Of a stretch of 64,000 nt of DNA, positions 26,816 through 41,042 are shown piece after piece. The position numbers and the translations under genes are program-made. The notes under the pieces were generated by a model. That model made no database searches, was not told where the DNA came from, and saw only the letters and a program-made list of their open reading frames with translations. Positions within the stretch are counted from its first letter, which is position 1, and every line of letters starts with the position of its first letter. Source of the stretch: the human T2T-CHM13v2.0 reference genome, Homo sapiens; assembly GCF_009914755.1 (NCBI RefSeq), contig NC_060939.1; one strand, written 5' to 3'.

Positions 26816-29800
26816 GTTATATTAACATTGTGTTTTTTCTATTAAACACTTTTTATAAATTGTACACAACTTTTGGAATGAATATATATTGCTTTTGTAG
26901 GAGCAGCTTATATTTTAGGGATAGTTGGTTTGGGTTTCAGGCAGTGGATGAATGGATTGTCTCAAAAAGGAAGAAGTGAGGTAGAAATGGAGGCGGTCTA
27001 GGGTGATGAATTCCATGCTGCCTCTACTGGCTGGTAGCTGAGCTTCTGTGCAGCAAACAGTGACCTAGTAGATCTCTCTCTAGGTGCTGTTTGTATAACT
27101 CACATCATGGGAATAAGGCCTGATTCCAAGTGGTGACAAGAATGTGAATGGATACCGAGTAAAGTGTATTGATTTTCCTCTTGCCCAGCCACATGTCTGT
27201 CCTCGTCACATTTTATTGGAGAGCCACTTTCCATGTGCATCAGCTGGAACCAACTAATATGTCATGGTATTGTCACGTTATTTTCCCTTTTATGCAGAGT
27301 GAATAAGAGTGAATAACGGCTGAAAGAGCAATGCTATTTATACGCAACATCCTCAGTTTCTAACTGGAAGGTCAAACAATGGGGAATCAGTATGACCCTT
27401 TAGTTTGGATTTTGATCTTAAGTGTGTATCTTTCCTCTCTAAAGCCATTGATGGTTTTATTCCTTCATATTGATTCTGATGAACTTTGCTATTGAATGAG
27501 TTGGCAATTCATTGCATCAAAGATCTTTATAGGAAAGCATAATAATGATAATTTTTTTAAAAAGAGTTCAAGATGAGAAGTTTTTTTCCTCTGTTCTCAC
27601 ATGCTCACCTCTGTTATATGCTGATTATAAAATAGTTTAGTTTTTTAATATAATGAGTGTACCATTTATTTGACTCAAAAATTAGTTTTACCAACCAACT
27701 TCTAAAAACTGGTTATATTTACTGTGCTTACTGCTTGGTAAATATATTTAATATTCTTTTATATAGAAAAAAGTTAAATAGCTTAAGCATGACTCTGGGT
27801 CAAATTAAAAATTTTCAGCAAGACTGTCTTCAGTGACTTGGCTCTGGTTCCAAAGTCCTGAATCATTACTCAGAAACAGACTTCTTGTACTTTTATTTAC
27901 TGACCGATTGAACCAGGGATCAGCTGTTAGCATGCTCTATAAAAGCTTTGTGATATATTTCTGAAAATAATATAAGGGACATGAAAGTGTCAATTTTCCT
28001 GATGAGGGGTGTTTGCATTCTCAAGTTAAATCTGTTATTACTGTCCTGCATAGATGGTTTCTTCAGCTTATTGCCTAATATTATGCACTATTTGGCCATG
28101 AAAAGGCAAGTATACAAAAATGTGTAGTAAGTCAATTTGAAGAGTTTATCCTGGAAAACTGAAGTTAAAGACATCATTATTTTATCCAAGACTCATATTT
28201 GAGTGAAGTGAAGTCCTCCCAAATGTCAGCTCAGGAAATCTCTCCAAATGAATTGCCTTGTCTTTTTGTCATAAATTGAAAGCTGTATTTTTCCTTTTTG
28301 CCTTTGCTGACGGAGATCTCAAAATTAATGAAAAGTATATATAGATTCTCTCCTCTAAATTTTCTTTTTAATTATGTCTGTTTAATTATTTAATAGAAGC
28401 TTTAAGGTTATAAATGTAGAAATAATTTTCAGACTTTTAAATATAAATAATAAATTTTGTTTAGACGTGGAATTGTGTGTGTGTGTATATATATATGTTT
28501 GGTTTTCATCTATTATATAAATGCTCTCATGTAGGAGTTTGGCAAGTTGGATGATACAGAACTTTTTATCTGATATTCTTGTTTTAGAAGTTCAATTATA
28601 TAATCAGGGAGGAAAATATTTTTAAAAGTAGTCTCTTCTGTTACTATCTCAATGTTAATTATAACACTATTCAAATGTGTTCACCTGTTCTTAACCCAAA
28701 CATATTCCAAATACTAACTAGCATTTCTTCTTTCCTTTAGCTTTTATCTTTTCTCTAAAGATATTCCTTGTAGCAGACAAACTAGAAAAGTGGAAGCAAC
28801 TAAATGTTCATCAATAGGAGAATGAATAAATTATAGTTTATTCACTTTTTAAAGATTATATAGCAGTATAAAAAATGAACCAGACCTAGATACTAATATA
28901 AACAGATTACCAAGTCATATTGATAGATACAAAACAAAATTGCAAAATACACACAATTTGTCACTTAGGCAAAGAATTTTAAATACATTTGTCTGTCAAG
29001 ACTATTTTTATGAATATAAAATCTCAATAAAATTTAGAAAGGATGCCTGCCAAATTCCTGTCTAATTTATGTTTAGGGGAAGGAATTTGGTGTTTGTGGA
29101 AGTTCAAAGGGACTTCAGTTTTTTCTGCAATTTTTAAACTTTTTACAGTTTTTAAACTTATATTCTATTTTTTAAGATAGTTAAGTCCCAAACATGCATG
29201 GGTTTAATTCTATCTCAGGCTTTGATGCCTGCTTTCATGTCCTTAGGTGGGTTCTGATTTTGCTGACACAATGTGAGGGACATTAGGAAACAGGAAATGG
29301 TCATTTACCAAATTAAAAAATCCCTTTGCTATAAAATATTTCTCTTTATTCTGATACCTCTTGTTCTTCTGTTATTCTTTGCCAACCCTTAAGAAATCAT
29401 GGAAATTTTAAGATAACAGTACAATGACTGTGCGTTGAAGCAAAGCTAAACTGGACCCAAGTCAGCTTGGCAAATTGTCAGGCTGTTTTTGTATTTATTT
29501 CTTTCAACTTTAACATCCACAATTTATTAAGTGAGACTGTGTATCAAGGCGGAAGCTCAGAATCCTGTTTGGACACCGTTTAGGAAGGAAACCAGGTCTT
29601 TATGGGGCACCCCCTTCCTCTTAGCTGCTGGCCAGGAAGACCATCCTTCTGTATCAAGCCTATTCAATCAGAGAGAGGTGGGGTGACTTTGGGAAGGAAG
29701 ATGACCTCTCCCTTGTAAAGTGGAATTGCTGTTTCCCCCCATGACTTATACAACTCATTTCTACCACTGTTTATAAGAACACTTGTGTGAATGCTTGTAG

Positions 29801-30349
29801 TGACAGCAATAGTCATTTAAAATATGGCTCAAATTTCATGCTGTTAGATTTCCTATGCTATTGAAATTTTTGATCATTACAATCTCAAATAGAGCTTTTG
29901 ATTAACTGGAGTTTTGCTGAGGCCCTTTTAGAGTTAATAGGTATGCTTCTTAAAAGCCCAAAGTTTAATCAGTTACATATACTACTACTATGTAAAATCA
30001 TGACTGCTATCAAATCTGAAAAGAGAATGATGAAATCAAGCTAATTAACTTGTCTTTCATGGGAGCCAATCAGTTTCCAAAATCATACTGAAAATGTTTT
30101 ACTTAGATAACTTATATGTGGGGTCCACAGGTAGACTACTGTATGGAACTGATGCAACATGCCAGCCAAGAGAGGACAGCAGAGAAACTTGTTTATTTTG
30201 AAGATTTGTTGGCACTTTGTGCATTTTGAGTGTTTTTGGATTTTGACCTCAACCTTAAGCTGATTTATTTACTTAATTTGCATTGTTTCCTGGCTTGTAA
30301 AGCACCATTAAAACCAGCTCCTTTATTCATTTCTGTTAAAAATAACATT

Positions 30350-30710
30350 TTGGGGGGAATACTTTTAGATTTACAGAGAAGTTCAAAGAGAATACAGGGT
30401 TCCCCATACATACCTTATCCAGTTTATTCTAATGTTGACGTTATATACTACCATAATACATTTGTTAAAACTGAAAAGAACTAACATTGTTACCTTGTGA
30501 TTAAACTCTGATCCCTATTTGGATTTCACCGGTTTTTGCACCAATATCTTTTTTCTGTTCAAGGACCCAATCCAGAATACCACATTGCATTTAATCATCT
30601 TATCTCCTTAGACTCTTCTAATCTGTGACAGTTTCCTAGTCTTTCCTTTTTCCCGTGACCTTTACAGTCTTGAAGAGTATTGGCCAGGAATTTTGTAGAA
30701 TATTCATCAT
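30350..30710 (-). mobile_element. L1MC-type 3' UTR fragment
   Basis: ttttagatttacagagaagtt...aggacccaatccagaataccacattgcattt...ttgaagagtattggccag typical of L1MC 3' ends. Confidence 0.6.
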
Positions 30711-30993
30711 TTTTGAGTAAATGGAAATATGTAACTTATGATTTGCACCAATATTTTTCATCCACACACCAGTTTCAGCCTAGTGATCATCACTTTATCT
30801 TCCTATCTAGAGCTTGTTATAACAGCACTCTAAAAGTAAAAGGCGATTTATGGTGGATTTAATATTTCTTTAATGTTTGCTTCACCTGTGATCATTGTGC
30901 ATCCCCAATTTTGCCAAAGTTAGTTTTGGTTATTTACTTTAAACCACATAGTAATTTTGCACCAATGTGTATTTTGTCTTTTGTTTGTGACAG

Positions 30994-31095
30994 ATTAGAG
31001 ATGGACAACCGAATTGTTATGTACTAAAGAATAAAGATTTAGAACAAGCTTTTAAAGGAGTTATTTACTTAGAGATGGACCTTATATATAATCCG
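30994..31095 (+). CDS. MCTP2: MCTP2 coding exon D: [34 protein letters not shown]
   Basis: tgacAG acceptor, CCG|gtaagt donor; 102 nt phase 0-0; last strands of the C2 domain. Confidence 0.96.
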
Positions 31096-31384
31096 GTAAG
31101 TCTAGCTGGGTCATACTTCCCGGCTTTCCCGTACCTAAAATAGAAGGTGACCAGCCTTTGGAGGCTCAAATCAATGTAAGATGTTTCAGAATTTTTGCAG
31201 CTACAGAGAGGAAAGAATAGTGTTTTAAAGCTGTGCATTTTATAAGCAGGTTACCCTCATCTCCTGCTTTCTTCTGGAAAACGTTTGTGTATAGAGTATG
31301 TATACTGGTAAAACCTGAGTTTAATGGAAAAGTGGAATACAGGCTTGAAGAGAAAATATTTCGGTTAAGGAATTTTACAGTTCG

Positions 31385-31600
31385 TGTGATGTGGAGAAGG
31401 ACTTGAATCTGATTCTTTGGGGTCTTACTCAGTCTGGTGGTTTGAACAAGTGCTAAGTCCCTCTGACCCTCAGTTTATTCCCTGTAAAATGGGGCTAAAA
31501 TGGCTCATTGACTTATTTTTCCGGGTCATTGAAAGGAAATAAAATTCTCTGTGAAAAGTGTCTTTTCATAAACTGGAAATTGTTATTCACATGCAGACAT
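31385..31600 (+). mobile_element. MIR
   Basis: Core cctctgaccctcagtttattccctgtaaaatgggg. Confidence 0.55.
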
Positions 31601-31953
31601 TTTTGGTAGAAGCTTAACTCAAAAGGATTTCAGAAGGAAGTTTTATCTTTTACGGACGTTAGTTTGAAAAATTCATGAACCTCAATCTCTGCAGTGGTTG
31701 AAAATACCCCCAAGGAATGAGCAAAGTGGAGACAGTACCCTTCTAGACTCAATCTGACCCATGCCAGGGACTCTTATCAAATGAGACCTCCAGAAACATG
31801 TACAGGGCACAGGGGTGTCCACCATTTCTTTGCTCCCTGCTAAGGTCAGAGTCAGAAGCTATTGGTCTGCACGATTTTCCCAGTCATTAAGAAAACTAGG
31901 TGGATGAAGTCCCTATACATGCTGCCCTTTTTTAACAAGGATGTCTTTTCTAG

Positions 31954-32028
31954 GTGAAAGCAAGTATTAGGACTTTTACTCCCCGGGAAAAGCGCTTTGT
32001 TGAAGACAGCCGCAAGCTGTCCAAAAAG
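31954..32028 (+). CDS. MCTP2: MCTP2 coding exon E: [25 protein letters not shown]
   Basis: ttctAG acceptor, AAG|gtgggt donor; 75 nt phase 0-0. Confidence 0.95.
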
Positions 32029-33294
32029 GTGGGTCGCTACAGTAGGTGGCTTGTTGATTGGTACACTCAGCACCCAGCAGCTGAAGTATTAACACTTGCC
32101 TGTAATTTCTTCCTTGAAACTTTTCCTCCCTCTTACTCCTCCTCTCTCCCTCTTGCCCCATCTCTCCACTTATTTCTCCTTGTCCCCTTCTCTCCTAAAA
32201 TAAGGAGGTCAGTCAGCTCCCATAAGAAGGGCAAGACTTAAAACATAATTCTTGGGTGAAACAGAAGGTCTCAGGCCCCCATTATTCTCCTGATTCATTG
32301 TATAAACAAAAATTCCTAGCATCAAGACTGTCAGTGTCTTGTCCTGCCTATCCGTCCTTTAATCACAGCCATTTTGTCCTCTGCCCTTTGAAGTTTCAGG
32401 GAGGTGCAGTGTGTGGAGTCAATCACAGAATTAACCCAGCAGATCTTCAGAGACTTCTAGCCTGGGTTTCGCTCATGACTGCTCCTACCACTTCGGCGTG
32501 GTCTAAATTTGGGATGTGTTGGCATTTCACCCCATACTGAATGCAAGTTCTCTCCCTCTGCCTATTGCCCTTAACTCCTTTCTCATTCAGTTCAACAAAA
32601 GGTGAAGTTCAGGGTCTGGTAGGGGAAGTTTCACTTTTTTTTTTTTTTTTTTCCGTGACCTTTACATTCCTTTTTCAGAGTCCCTCCCTGTTGTACTCTC
32701 CGCAGCTCAGGATTTCACTTTGTACCTATCGTCCCTCTTCAATTGTATAACAAAGAACAAAGTGTCCCCTTTTTCAAGAGTTTATTACTTCCACCACTTC
32801 CTTTGGGGTGAGCAGCTGTGGATTACATAAAGCAGTTAAATATAAAGACGTCTTATCATCCTTTTGTTTCCCATGAACTTCTGGGCATACTTGGGAAAGG
32901 CCTTAAACGTCTTCTGAGGGGAAGCCTCCAAATATTTCATTTTGGTCTGCCGTAACATTGAGTGTAATATTTATTTTGTGTAATCTGAGTAAATGTCTTA
33001 TTTTATTATTGTTATTATTGCCTTTTGCTCTGTTTACTTGAAAGTTAAAACCTGGGTTGAGGTGGGTGGGGTAGCTGCTTTGCAAGCACATTGAAATGAA
33101 TCTGCCTGCAACTGGGAGAGAGACATTTCCTTTGCAAAACAAGACCTCCACGTGGGGTGGCTTTGGGCTCTCAGAGCACTGGGGAACTTGGGGCTGAAAT
33201 CCTAGGGTATGCTAGGACCCTCCGCACGTGCCTCTTGCTACTTAGTCCCCCCAAATTTTGATAAACTGGAAACGTTTCCTTAGGATATAAATGC

Positions 33295-33420
33295 TTGAAA
33301 GCACTTACTATGTGACAGGCACTTTTCTAAGCTTTTTCATTCTCTCAACACCTTGTAAGATTAGCACTAATATCAACCCTATTTTGTAAAAGAGAAGTTA
33401 AGTAACTTGCCCAAGGTGAA
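33295..33420 (-). mobile_element. MIR fragment
   Basis: gcacttactatgtgacaggcact...gttaagtaacttgcccaaggt. Confidence 0.65.
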
Positions 33421-33932
33421 CTCCAATCCCTTCCCAGAACTCTGTAGACCTCTGGACTAGATAAGCTATAATACTTGCATGTTTTAATTGTAAATCTATT
33501 CATTTGCTTCCAAACTAAACAACATAGACACTCATTCTGTGTCTGTATCTCTCTTTATCTCTCTCTCTCTGTCTTTCTCTTTCTAGTTCTCTCTCTCTCT
33601 CTGCCTCTGCATGTGTCTTTCTCACACAAATTCACCAACATTAAATACCTGGCTTCTGCAGTTTCACCAGTTCCATTTTTGTGCTGAACATTGTTGAAAC
33701 AGGCTATTCTTTTTCAGATGAGCGCTAAAATGCATTTGATTCTCATTTCCTCTATGGATGATCATATTTTAAAAAGACTTTTAGAAGTGTCAGGTCTTCT
33801 CCTTTCTATTATTATCATATTTTAAAATTGGGATCTATACAAAATATAATTTAAATGATCAGGGTACCTGATCTAGATGGAATATTTGTAGTATTTAAAT
33901 CTAGTTTCCTGTTTGTCATTTTTTAAAATCAG

Positions 33933-34052
33933 ATCTTATCAAGAGATGTGGACCGTGTGAAAAGAATCACTATGGCAATATGGAATACAATGCAGTTCCT
34001 TAAAAGCTGCTTCCAGTGGGAATCCACATTAAGAAGTACAATAGCATTCGCG
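33933..34052 (+). CDS. MCTP2: MCTP2 coding exon F: [40 protein letters not shown] (pre-transmembrane region)
   Basis: aatcAG acceptor, GCG|gtaagc donor; 120 nt phase 0-0; MCTP-family CFQWES motif. Confidence 0.96.
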
Positions 34053-34518
34053 GTAAGCTTCCTTTCTTATGTTCAAACTATTTGCTTCTTATTTGCATCT
34101 ATTCATCTTTCTGAAATATATTACAGCGTAGGTGATTACGTGGGGGTTGTCTTTCTAAGACAGTACTTAGGTCAAATTTACCTGGGAAACCCCTTAAATT
34201 ACCCAAATCTTAGTCATATATGGTCTCTTGGTAAATTTAAGAGCACTACTGTTGTATATATATGTTTAAATGTTTCTCCAGTTGTTGTTACAGCTACATT
34301 TGTATAGCCCTGCATTGTGTGTATTTTTTTTCTTTCTGTGCCAGTGACCGCCCATAATTTCTGAAAAATGGCATCTGAAAAATCACAGGACTAAATAATA
34401 ACTGAATTGTTCAATTTACATTTTAAGTAAATTATTCCCAAACTTTGATATTAAAGATGTTTATTCATTTCAAGCCAGTTGGGACATACTGATCATTACA
34501 CATTGCAATTTCATTCAG

Positions 34519-34590
34519 CACCGCAAAGAGGAACCACCCCTGTCTATGAAATGTACCCTTTTCTCTGGTGACATTGGCCCATCCTTATGA
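34519..34590 (+). CDS. MCTP2: Alternative terminal exon of MCTP2 (short TM-less isoform): HRKEEPPLSMKCTLFSGDIGPSL*
   Basis: ttcattcAG acceptor 466 nt after the exon F donor; phase-0 frame gives 23 aa + TGA; AATAAA at 34595-34600; matches my recollection of an annotated short-isoform C-terminus. Confidence 0.7.
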   Translation, partial: HRKEEPPLSMKCTLFSGDIGPSL

Positions 34591-36304
34591 GCATAATAAA
34601 ATCGCAGAATCAAAGCGCTGCAAGAGATCTTAAAACCACCTAAGTCTACCACTGAGAGCCCAAGAATCTTGGAAGGACTTCACAGCTGGCCTCATGCCTT
34701 CACTTTATATCTCAGGGCATTTTCTCTCATTTGTAAAGGGACTTGTCCTTGATCAAATTGGTAATGTCAGCCATGGGAGGAGAAATCAAGTCTCCCGACT
34801 GCAAATCTTTGTATATTTGGTATCATGCCATTCATTTCTGTCCTGTGCAAAGATCACTATAAAAACTAATACGAGGTATGAGTGGTCTAAGAGTGTGAAT
34901 ATCAGTCATGATCATTGGTGAATCTGATTTCTGAATGTTATGTGGTTCTGCTTCTGTTTTCTACTGCCAATATATGCTGAATGTTCTCTCTTAGCCAACA
35001 GGCATAGCCTCATATAAAAAATGGGGGAAAAAAAACATTTATTAGCCCAAGAAGCCAATGGGTTCAAGGTCACTCCCAACATTTTTATGCCATCAAGTAT
35101 ATCAGCTCCAAAAGAGGCTTTTCCTTTGCCATTGGGGGGTATTTTGTTTGCTGTCGTTTATTTTAGTTCTCCACTGCTTCGGTGTAGAGGACCTATGCTG
35201 CCTGTAGGCTTGACCTTTCCTATACTTTTTCTGCTGTCTGAAGTTGCTAAAACATTTGGCCTTAATAAAAACACTAATAAAGGTTTTATTAATCTGTATC
35301 CGTCATTGTCTCAGCATTTGTTTATCCACTTCCCTTTCTCACGTTCTCCTCAGCTGGTGGCTTCATGCGTTGAGTTCCCCTTCAACCTCCCCAGCTCCAC
35401 TTCCCACCCGAATTCCCTTTCAAAACTTTCCATGGAATGTTCTATGCAATTCTGGGCAAAAGAGGAAAGTGAACACAATTGGTGGCTTCTTCCAGTCAGC
35501 ACCCAGACAGCCACTGTGAGGAGGAGAGGATTTCCTCTTTCTCGAGTTTAGTTTCTGGCACTGTGATTTTAGAAAAACAGAGATCTGTTGCCCTGGATTC
35601 TGTAGGGAGATGACAGAAATGATTAATGGGCTGCTGGCTTGATCTGAAGAAAGATTAGAACAGATGAATAGAAATAGGTTGTCTAATAGAGGGGACTTCT
35701 AAACAGGAAGGGAGGCTTAGAAATGGAGCCACTTCTCCACGGCCTTTTCTCTGAGGGATTCCTCACTGCTGAGCTTCATGCCTCGGAGCAGAGCCCGCCC
35801 CCACGCTGGAGAATGCAGGCTGCCATGTTGTACTCTCAGATCTCTGAGGCCCACAGCAAGGAAGATCAAGGTGGTGTTCTCCTTGCTGGTTTTCCAAAGT
35901 ATGATTTTGCAAGGATCCATGGGTATATGCGACTGTGTGTATAGGGACATTTCTCATTGGACACCATTGAAAAAAATGCAGAGCCAGTTAGATACGCTAT
36001 ATACCTACAGCCTATCATTTGGTTGTCCTGAAAGTACTGGAATAAAAGTGCTCACTTAAACTCGTTTTCAGTTTTAATTTAAAACTCTACTTCCAAAAAT
36101 TTAGACCATGTGTATGTTGACTGGCCTTGGTGATTCTCAGAAATACCGCAGCCATAACGTGGTGGATAATTCCCCTCCCTAAGTTGATGAAGTGTAATTT
36201 TATTAAAAGTTGTTTTTTTATTCCTATTATGATTATTCCAAAACCATTTCTGCTATTAAAATGAGAGGCTATACAGAAAATGCTTTCTTGAGACAGAATA
36301 ATAA

Positions 36305-36631
<327 letters not shown>

Positions 36632-38189
36632 TCCGTTTCATCTTCTTTCATTCTTCTTTTGGTAAGATTATGGGTAGCCAAGCTTTCATGTCCTTTTCTT
36701 TGAAAACGCCTTCATTTATGTACCTTGCCTGTAGACCTGTTAGCTGTCTGTAGGGGACTGGATTGGCGGGGCGGGTTGCACACCTAGGGGGCTGCCCTGG
36801 CTGTAGTGCTGTGTCCCCGAGTCTGTGGGGCTTCATGATGGGTTGTCTTTCTGCAAAATGTTGGATCCTCAAGCCCAGGCTCTCCTCTGCCTTTCTTCAC
36901 TATGCAACTGCCATATCTGTCAGGGGTGACACACACTGACGGATGTTCTCCTGTGATCTGTTGACAGAATGCTGCTTGGTGTCTTTATTCGTCATTGTGA
37001 CACTTTGTTCATGTTCCAACTGCTCGCCTTGGCATGACAGGGCAGAACAGAGGCGCTGTCTGAAGCAAGGTTTTAAGCCAAGGATTTATTAAATGACCCG
37101 TAGTCAGGTCCTCTAATTGAAATTAGCGAATGTGATAGTTGAGGGTTTGCTACACAGGTGTGAAAGGAGCTATTTTAGTTGAACCAGTCCCTGGTGGGGC
37201 TTTTCTTCTTGTGACAGTACAGGAAGTGATGCTAACACAACAAACTAAGGGCAGAACTGAAGGGATGTGTTTTTCTTCTGTTTTTTGAGAAAACATAAAA
37301 TATTAACTTTATGTTCTAGACTCTAGCTCCAGGTGATACAAACATGAACATTGCAGAATCATGTTTAATCTATTCTCAATGTCAATTTTAAGACTTTATG
37401 AAAGCAAACCATACGTTTTCCATGGATGCCTATGTACATGTGCATGAACATAATCGTATCTTGTTGAAAGCAGCAGTTAAAGAAAAGCAGGCTCTTAAGA
37501 TCTAGGTCCGCATGGTGTCTCGTCAGAAGTGGATGGACAAACGTGAGAGAACTCACCTTGCTAGATGACCCAAGCATCACCTTCCTCTACCATGCGATTT
37601 ATCACTGCTACACTTACAGGAGTGGTTGTATTCCCAACATGAGAGAAGAAAGTTATCAGTAATGCACCTGCTATGTTAATGTTGCTGCATAGTGTTGAAT
37701 TTATTGTTATCATAAGAAATTAAACATGGGCATTTGTAGGGTGGTCAGACCATTCCAAGTCAAGTTTCTATAGACTCAGTTCTTCTTGTTAGGATGAACA
37801 TTGAAAATCTTTCTCATTTTGTCTTCTGGGTCTTTCTCTTTCCCCTATGTTTTTCAGATATTTTGGTATCTTGCCTTTTCTAAGGTTTACTTAGTTATAT
37901 TAAATTAAGGATATATTTTTTCTTTTTTCTTCCTTCAGAAAGTAACATTCTTGACTTTCCCATTTGAAAAACAAATTAATATGAGATGTTGACTTAGTGA
38001 ATGAGGCCAAATAGAACTGAAATATTTTGCCTTGAAGTAAGTGCACCTGTATATTTCCCTATGAATAGATTTGTAAATATATGTGGTATTTTATACACAT
38101 GTATATACATTTATATACATACACAAGACGTGTACATGGCCATTCCCACACAGATTTTGACTATTTGAACTATTATTCATAGTTCATGT

Positions 38190-38420
38190 TATTTCAGTGC
38201 TTAGACACTGTCCCAAGGATTTTATAAATTTAGTTCTCACAACAACCTGCTGATGTAGGTGGTGATTACTATCTTCTTTTTACAGATGAGAAAAATAAGC
38301 CTATAGAGGTCAAGTACAGTGACAGAGCTCATGTGTGTGTATGAGGTAGAGGTGGAATTGAAACCCAGGCCATCTTGCTTTAGTCTGTGCAGGCTTAACC
38401 CTTCAGCTATTCTGCCTCTC
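38190..38420 (-). mobile_element. MIR (MIRb-like)
   Basis: ctcacaacaacc...tttacagatgagaaaaa...ggaattgaaacccagg. Confidence 0.7.
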
Positions 38421-39807
38421 ACTGATGCCCAGGATGCAATGTTTGTTGTCCTTGTATTTACATAGTGACACCGGGACCAACCATACTGATTGTTTCAGAT
38501 CTGTATTTAGATATTATGTGTGGGGATTAAGCCTGTTCCAAGCTGTGATGCTATACAGGAAAGAAACCCTCATTACATGGGCGAGAATAATTCTTTAGCT
38601 CAGTTATTTTATTCACAAGTGATGATGAGACCAAAATTAAAGAAGCCAAACATGGAAATGCCCAGCCCCTGGGCATCACATGCATTTGGCATCCTTGGAA
38701 TCCAGCTGGATAATTTGAAAAACCCTAGAGCCTTGGTTCTAGACTGAGTCCCAAATTACAGTCTGACTTGTTTTTCCCCACCTTTGAGGAATGCTTTTAG
38801 ATGATGTAGAGGGATTTTCAAGGGGAGAAGAAAGTAAAAACAGAAAACAACTAGTGGAAGGGATCATGGAAGGCATTGGACTTTTCAGTTGTTTTTTTTT
38901 TTTTTTTTTAAGTATTCCAAGTTGTTCAGAAAAGGGATGGGGTAGAAGAGAATAACCACCCCTTATGTTCCTTTAAAATATCTTGAAATAATAGCTATAA
39001 AAGAGATAGGCCCATATGTCTAGTGGGGATCTCTATTTTATATACCCAGTGTCTCAGTGCAAATACATTATTTGATCATAATAAAGATAAATTTGTTCTC
39101 AAAAGATAACTTTGCATTGTGATATTTATATTGGTAGATCCAATCATGTATGGGTGTTTTGTTATGACATACTTATATTTTATAAACCCCAATGTTGTCT
39201 ATTAAAAGTCCTAAAGTTATATTATTATATAAATGCATTTTTCATATGTTAAAATATTATTTACTTGACAGATGGCATCATCAGAAGGTGATTTTAAACA
39301 GCAAAGTTCTGATGCTTTTAACATAGAATTGCATTTATGCAGTTTCATTTTTCCACCGATATTTCAGGCACACACCTATTGTATCAAGGGAGGCAAGTTT
39401 GTGGGGCATTGATGGATTCTTTGCTTTATTAAATTTTTACTTGGATGTTTGATCTAAAAAGTAATCTAAATCTACCATATATCAACGAGTATCTTCATAA
39501 AGCTATGATTTTAACATCTGTGACTTTTTTCCGATTTTTTGAGTATAGGGAAATAAAGAATTTACTTTTCAGAGTTGACAAGGACTGAAATATGATACAC
39601 AAATTAAAGCATCAATCAACCTCTCCCTCAATAAAGTTAAAAAATACAACTGTCCACTCGCTTGGTAATATCCCATATTTAACATATATAGAATTTTTAG
39701 CTTTTAGAGATCCTAGAATATTGAGAAAATGTGAAGTAATTTCACATAGAACTTAAAAACAACAGTAGCAGTAATAGAGCCAACCCTTCCAACACACATG
39801 TACTTGT

Positions 39808-39808
<1 letters not shown>

Positions 39809-39850
<42 letters not shown>
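39809..39850. repeat. (CA)21 microsatellite
   Basis: Perfect CA run. Confidence 0.97.
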
Positions 39851-39852
<2 letters not shown>

Positions 39853-41042
39853 CATGAACACGAAGAAGCAGAGGACATTTGGGAAATTAAAAGTTGCTCT
39901 GTTGAATGTTTTGTGAAAGCAGTTTAGTAAAAACCAAAGGCAAGGCCTTGAGGACTGCTGTTTTCCATGATTTCTCTGTGGACCGAAAAACATTCAGATT
40001 CATTTTGCTTTGGTACAAATGACAAATGCAACACTGTTTTGAGATTCGACTCATTAAATAATGCTGGTCAAATGTCTTTTTGATGCTTTCGATATTTATG
40101 TGTTAACTGTGTCTAAAAGATTTACTTTAAGTTCTGTCACCAGTTTACTCACAACGAAATGCACCTGCATTTCATTAAGCTCTTTCATTGGCTATGACAT
40201 CCACCAGAAGTCACAACTGGATGTGCAGAGCAGACATCGCTGCCCATTTGCTAGGTGTGTGTGCAGTTGATGCTCAAAAATTAAAAGTATTTGTGTAAAG
40301 CTGGAAAAAAGAAATTTCAGTTACAATAACCAGAAGAAGAGGGGTTTTAGACATCTTAAAAGTGTGTATATATAAGTGCACACACAGAACCATATACACA
40401 TATATGCAAAATATATAGGTATATTCAATGCTTAAAATATTTGGCATCTTATGGTTTTAACATATATAAGATAGTTTCCCTAGTCTTCCTTTTCATGAAG
40501 GACTACATAATATACTTTCAAAATGTTTTAAAGTTTTTTTCAGCACTTTTTTAAAATAGGAACAATCCATCATTGCATATTGTGAGCATAATTTTTACAA
40601 CATAATTGCACCTTCTATTGGCAGGTTCTCAGGCATTAACTAATTATGCAATTTAATAAAATTACAGTAATCGCATTAAAAAGATTATCTGTTAAAAATT
40701 TAAAAGGACACTATTAACTATTTTAGCATATTTTCATGTTTATATTTTCAATTTTGTGAGTTGTGATTCCAGACAGAATCATAGCTAGATCGACTGAAAT
40801 CACTTATTCTTTTGGAGCATTCCAATTTTGACTAGTAAACATTAGATCTCAATTATTGTAATCATAGCACAGCCATATTCACATAGCCTGGTAGATGTAA
40901 ATGGTTAGCTCCCCCTTTTGTGTGTAGGTCCAGGCTCTGCGTGGGACCCTGTGTCACTACCACTGCCTTTTCTGAGCTTTCTGTTGGTGTGCACTTGCAA
41001 GCACATATTTTCTGCCTTCTCTGAATTTTCTTTTCAGGATTC

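Noticed and set aside
34053-34307. Intron read-through of exon F giving 84 extra, fairly hydrophobic residues (ORF 33948-34307)
   Set aside because: Good GTAAGC donor at 34053; hydrophobicity is expected from T-rich intron sequence; no family resemblance
35021-35551. 176-aa ORF, the longest in the track
   Set aside because: No recognisable domain, no supporting splice structure, low-complexity F/L/S/P composition; likely chance or UTR
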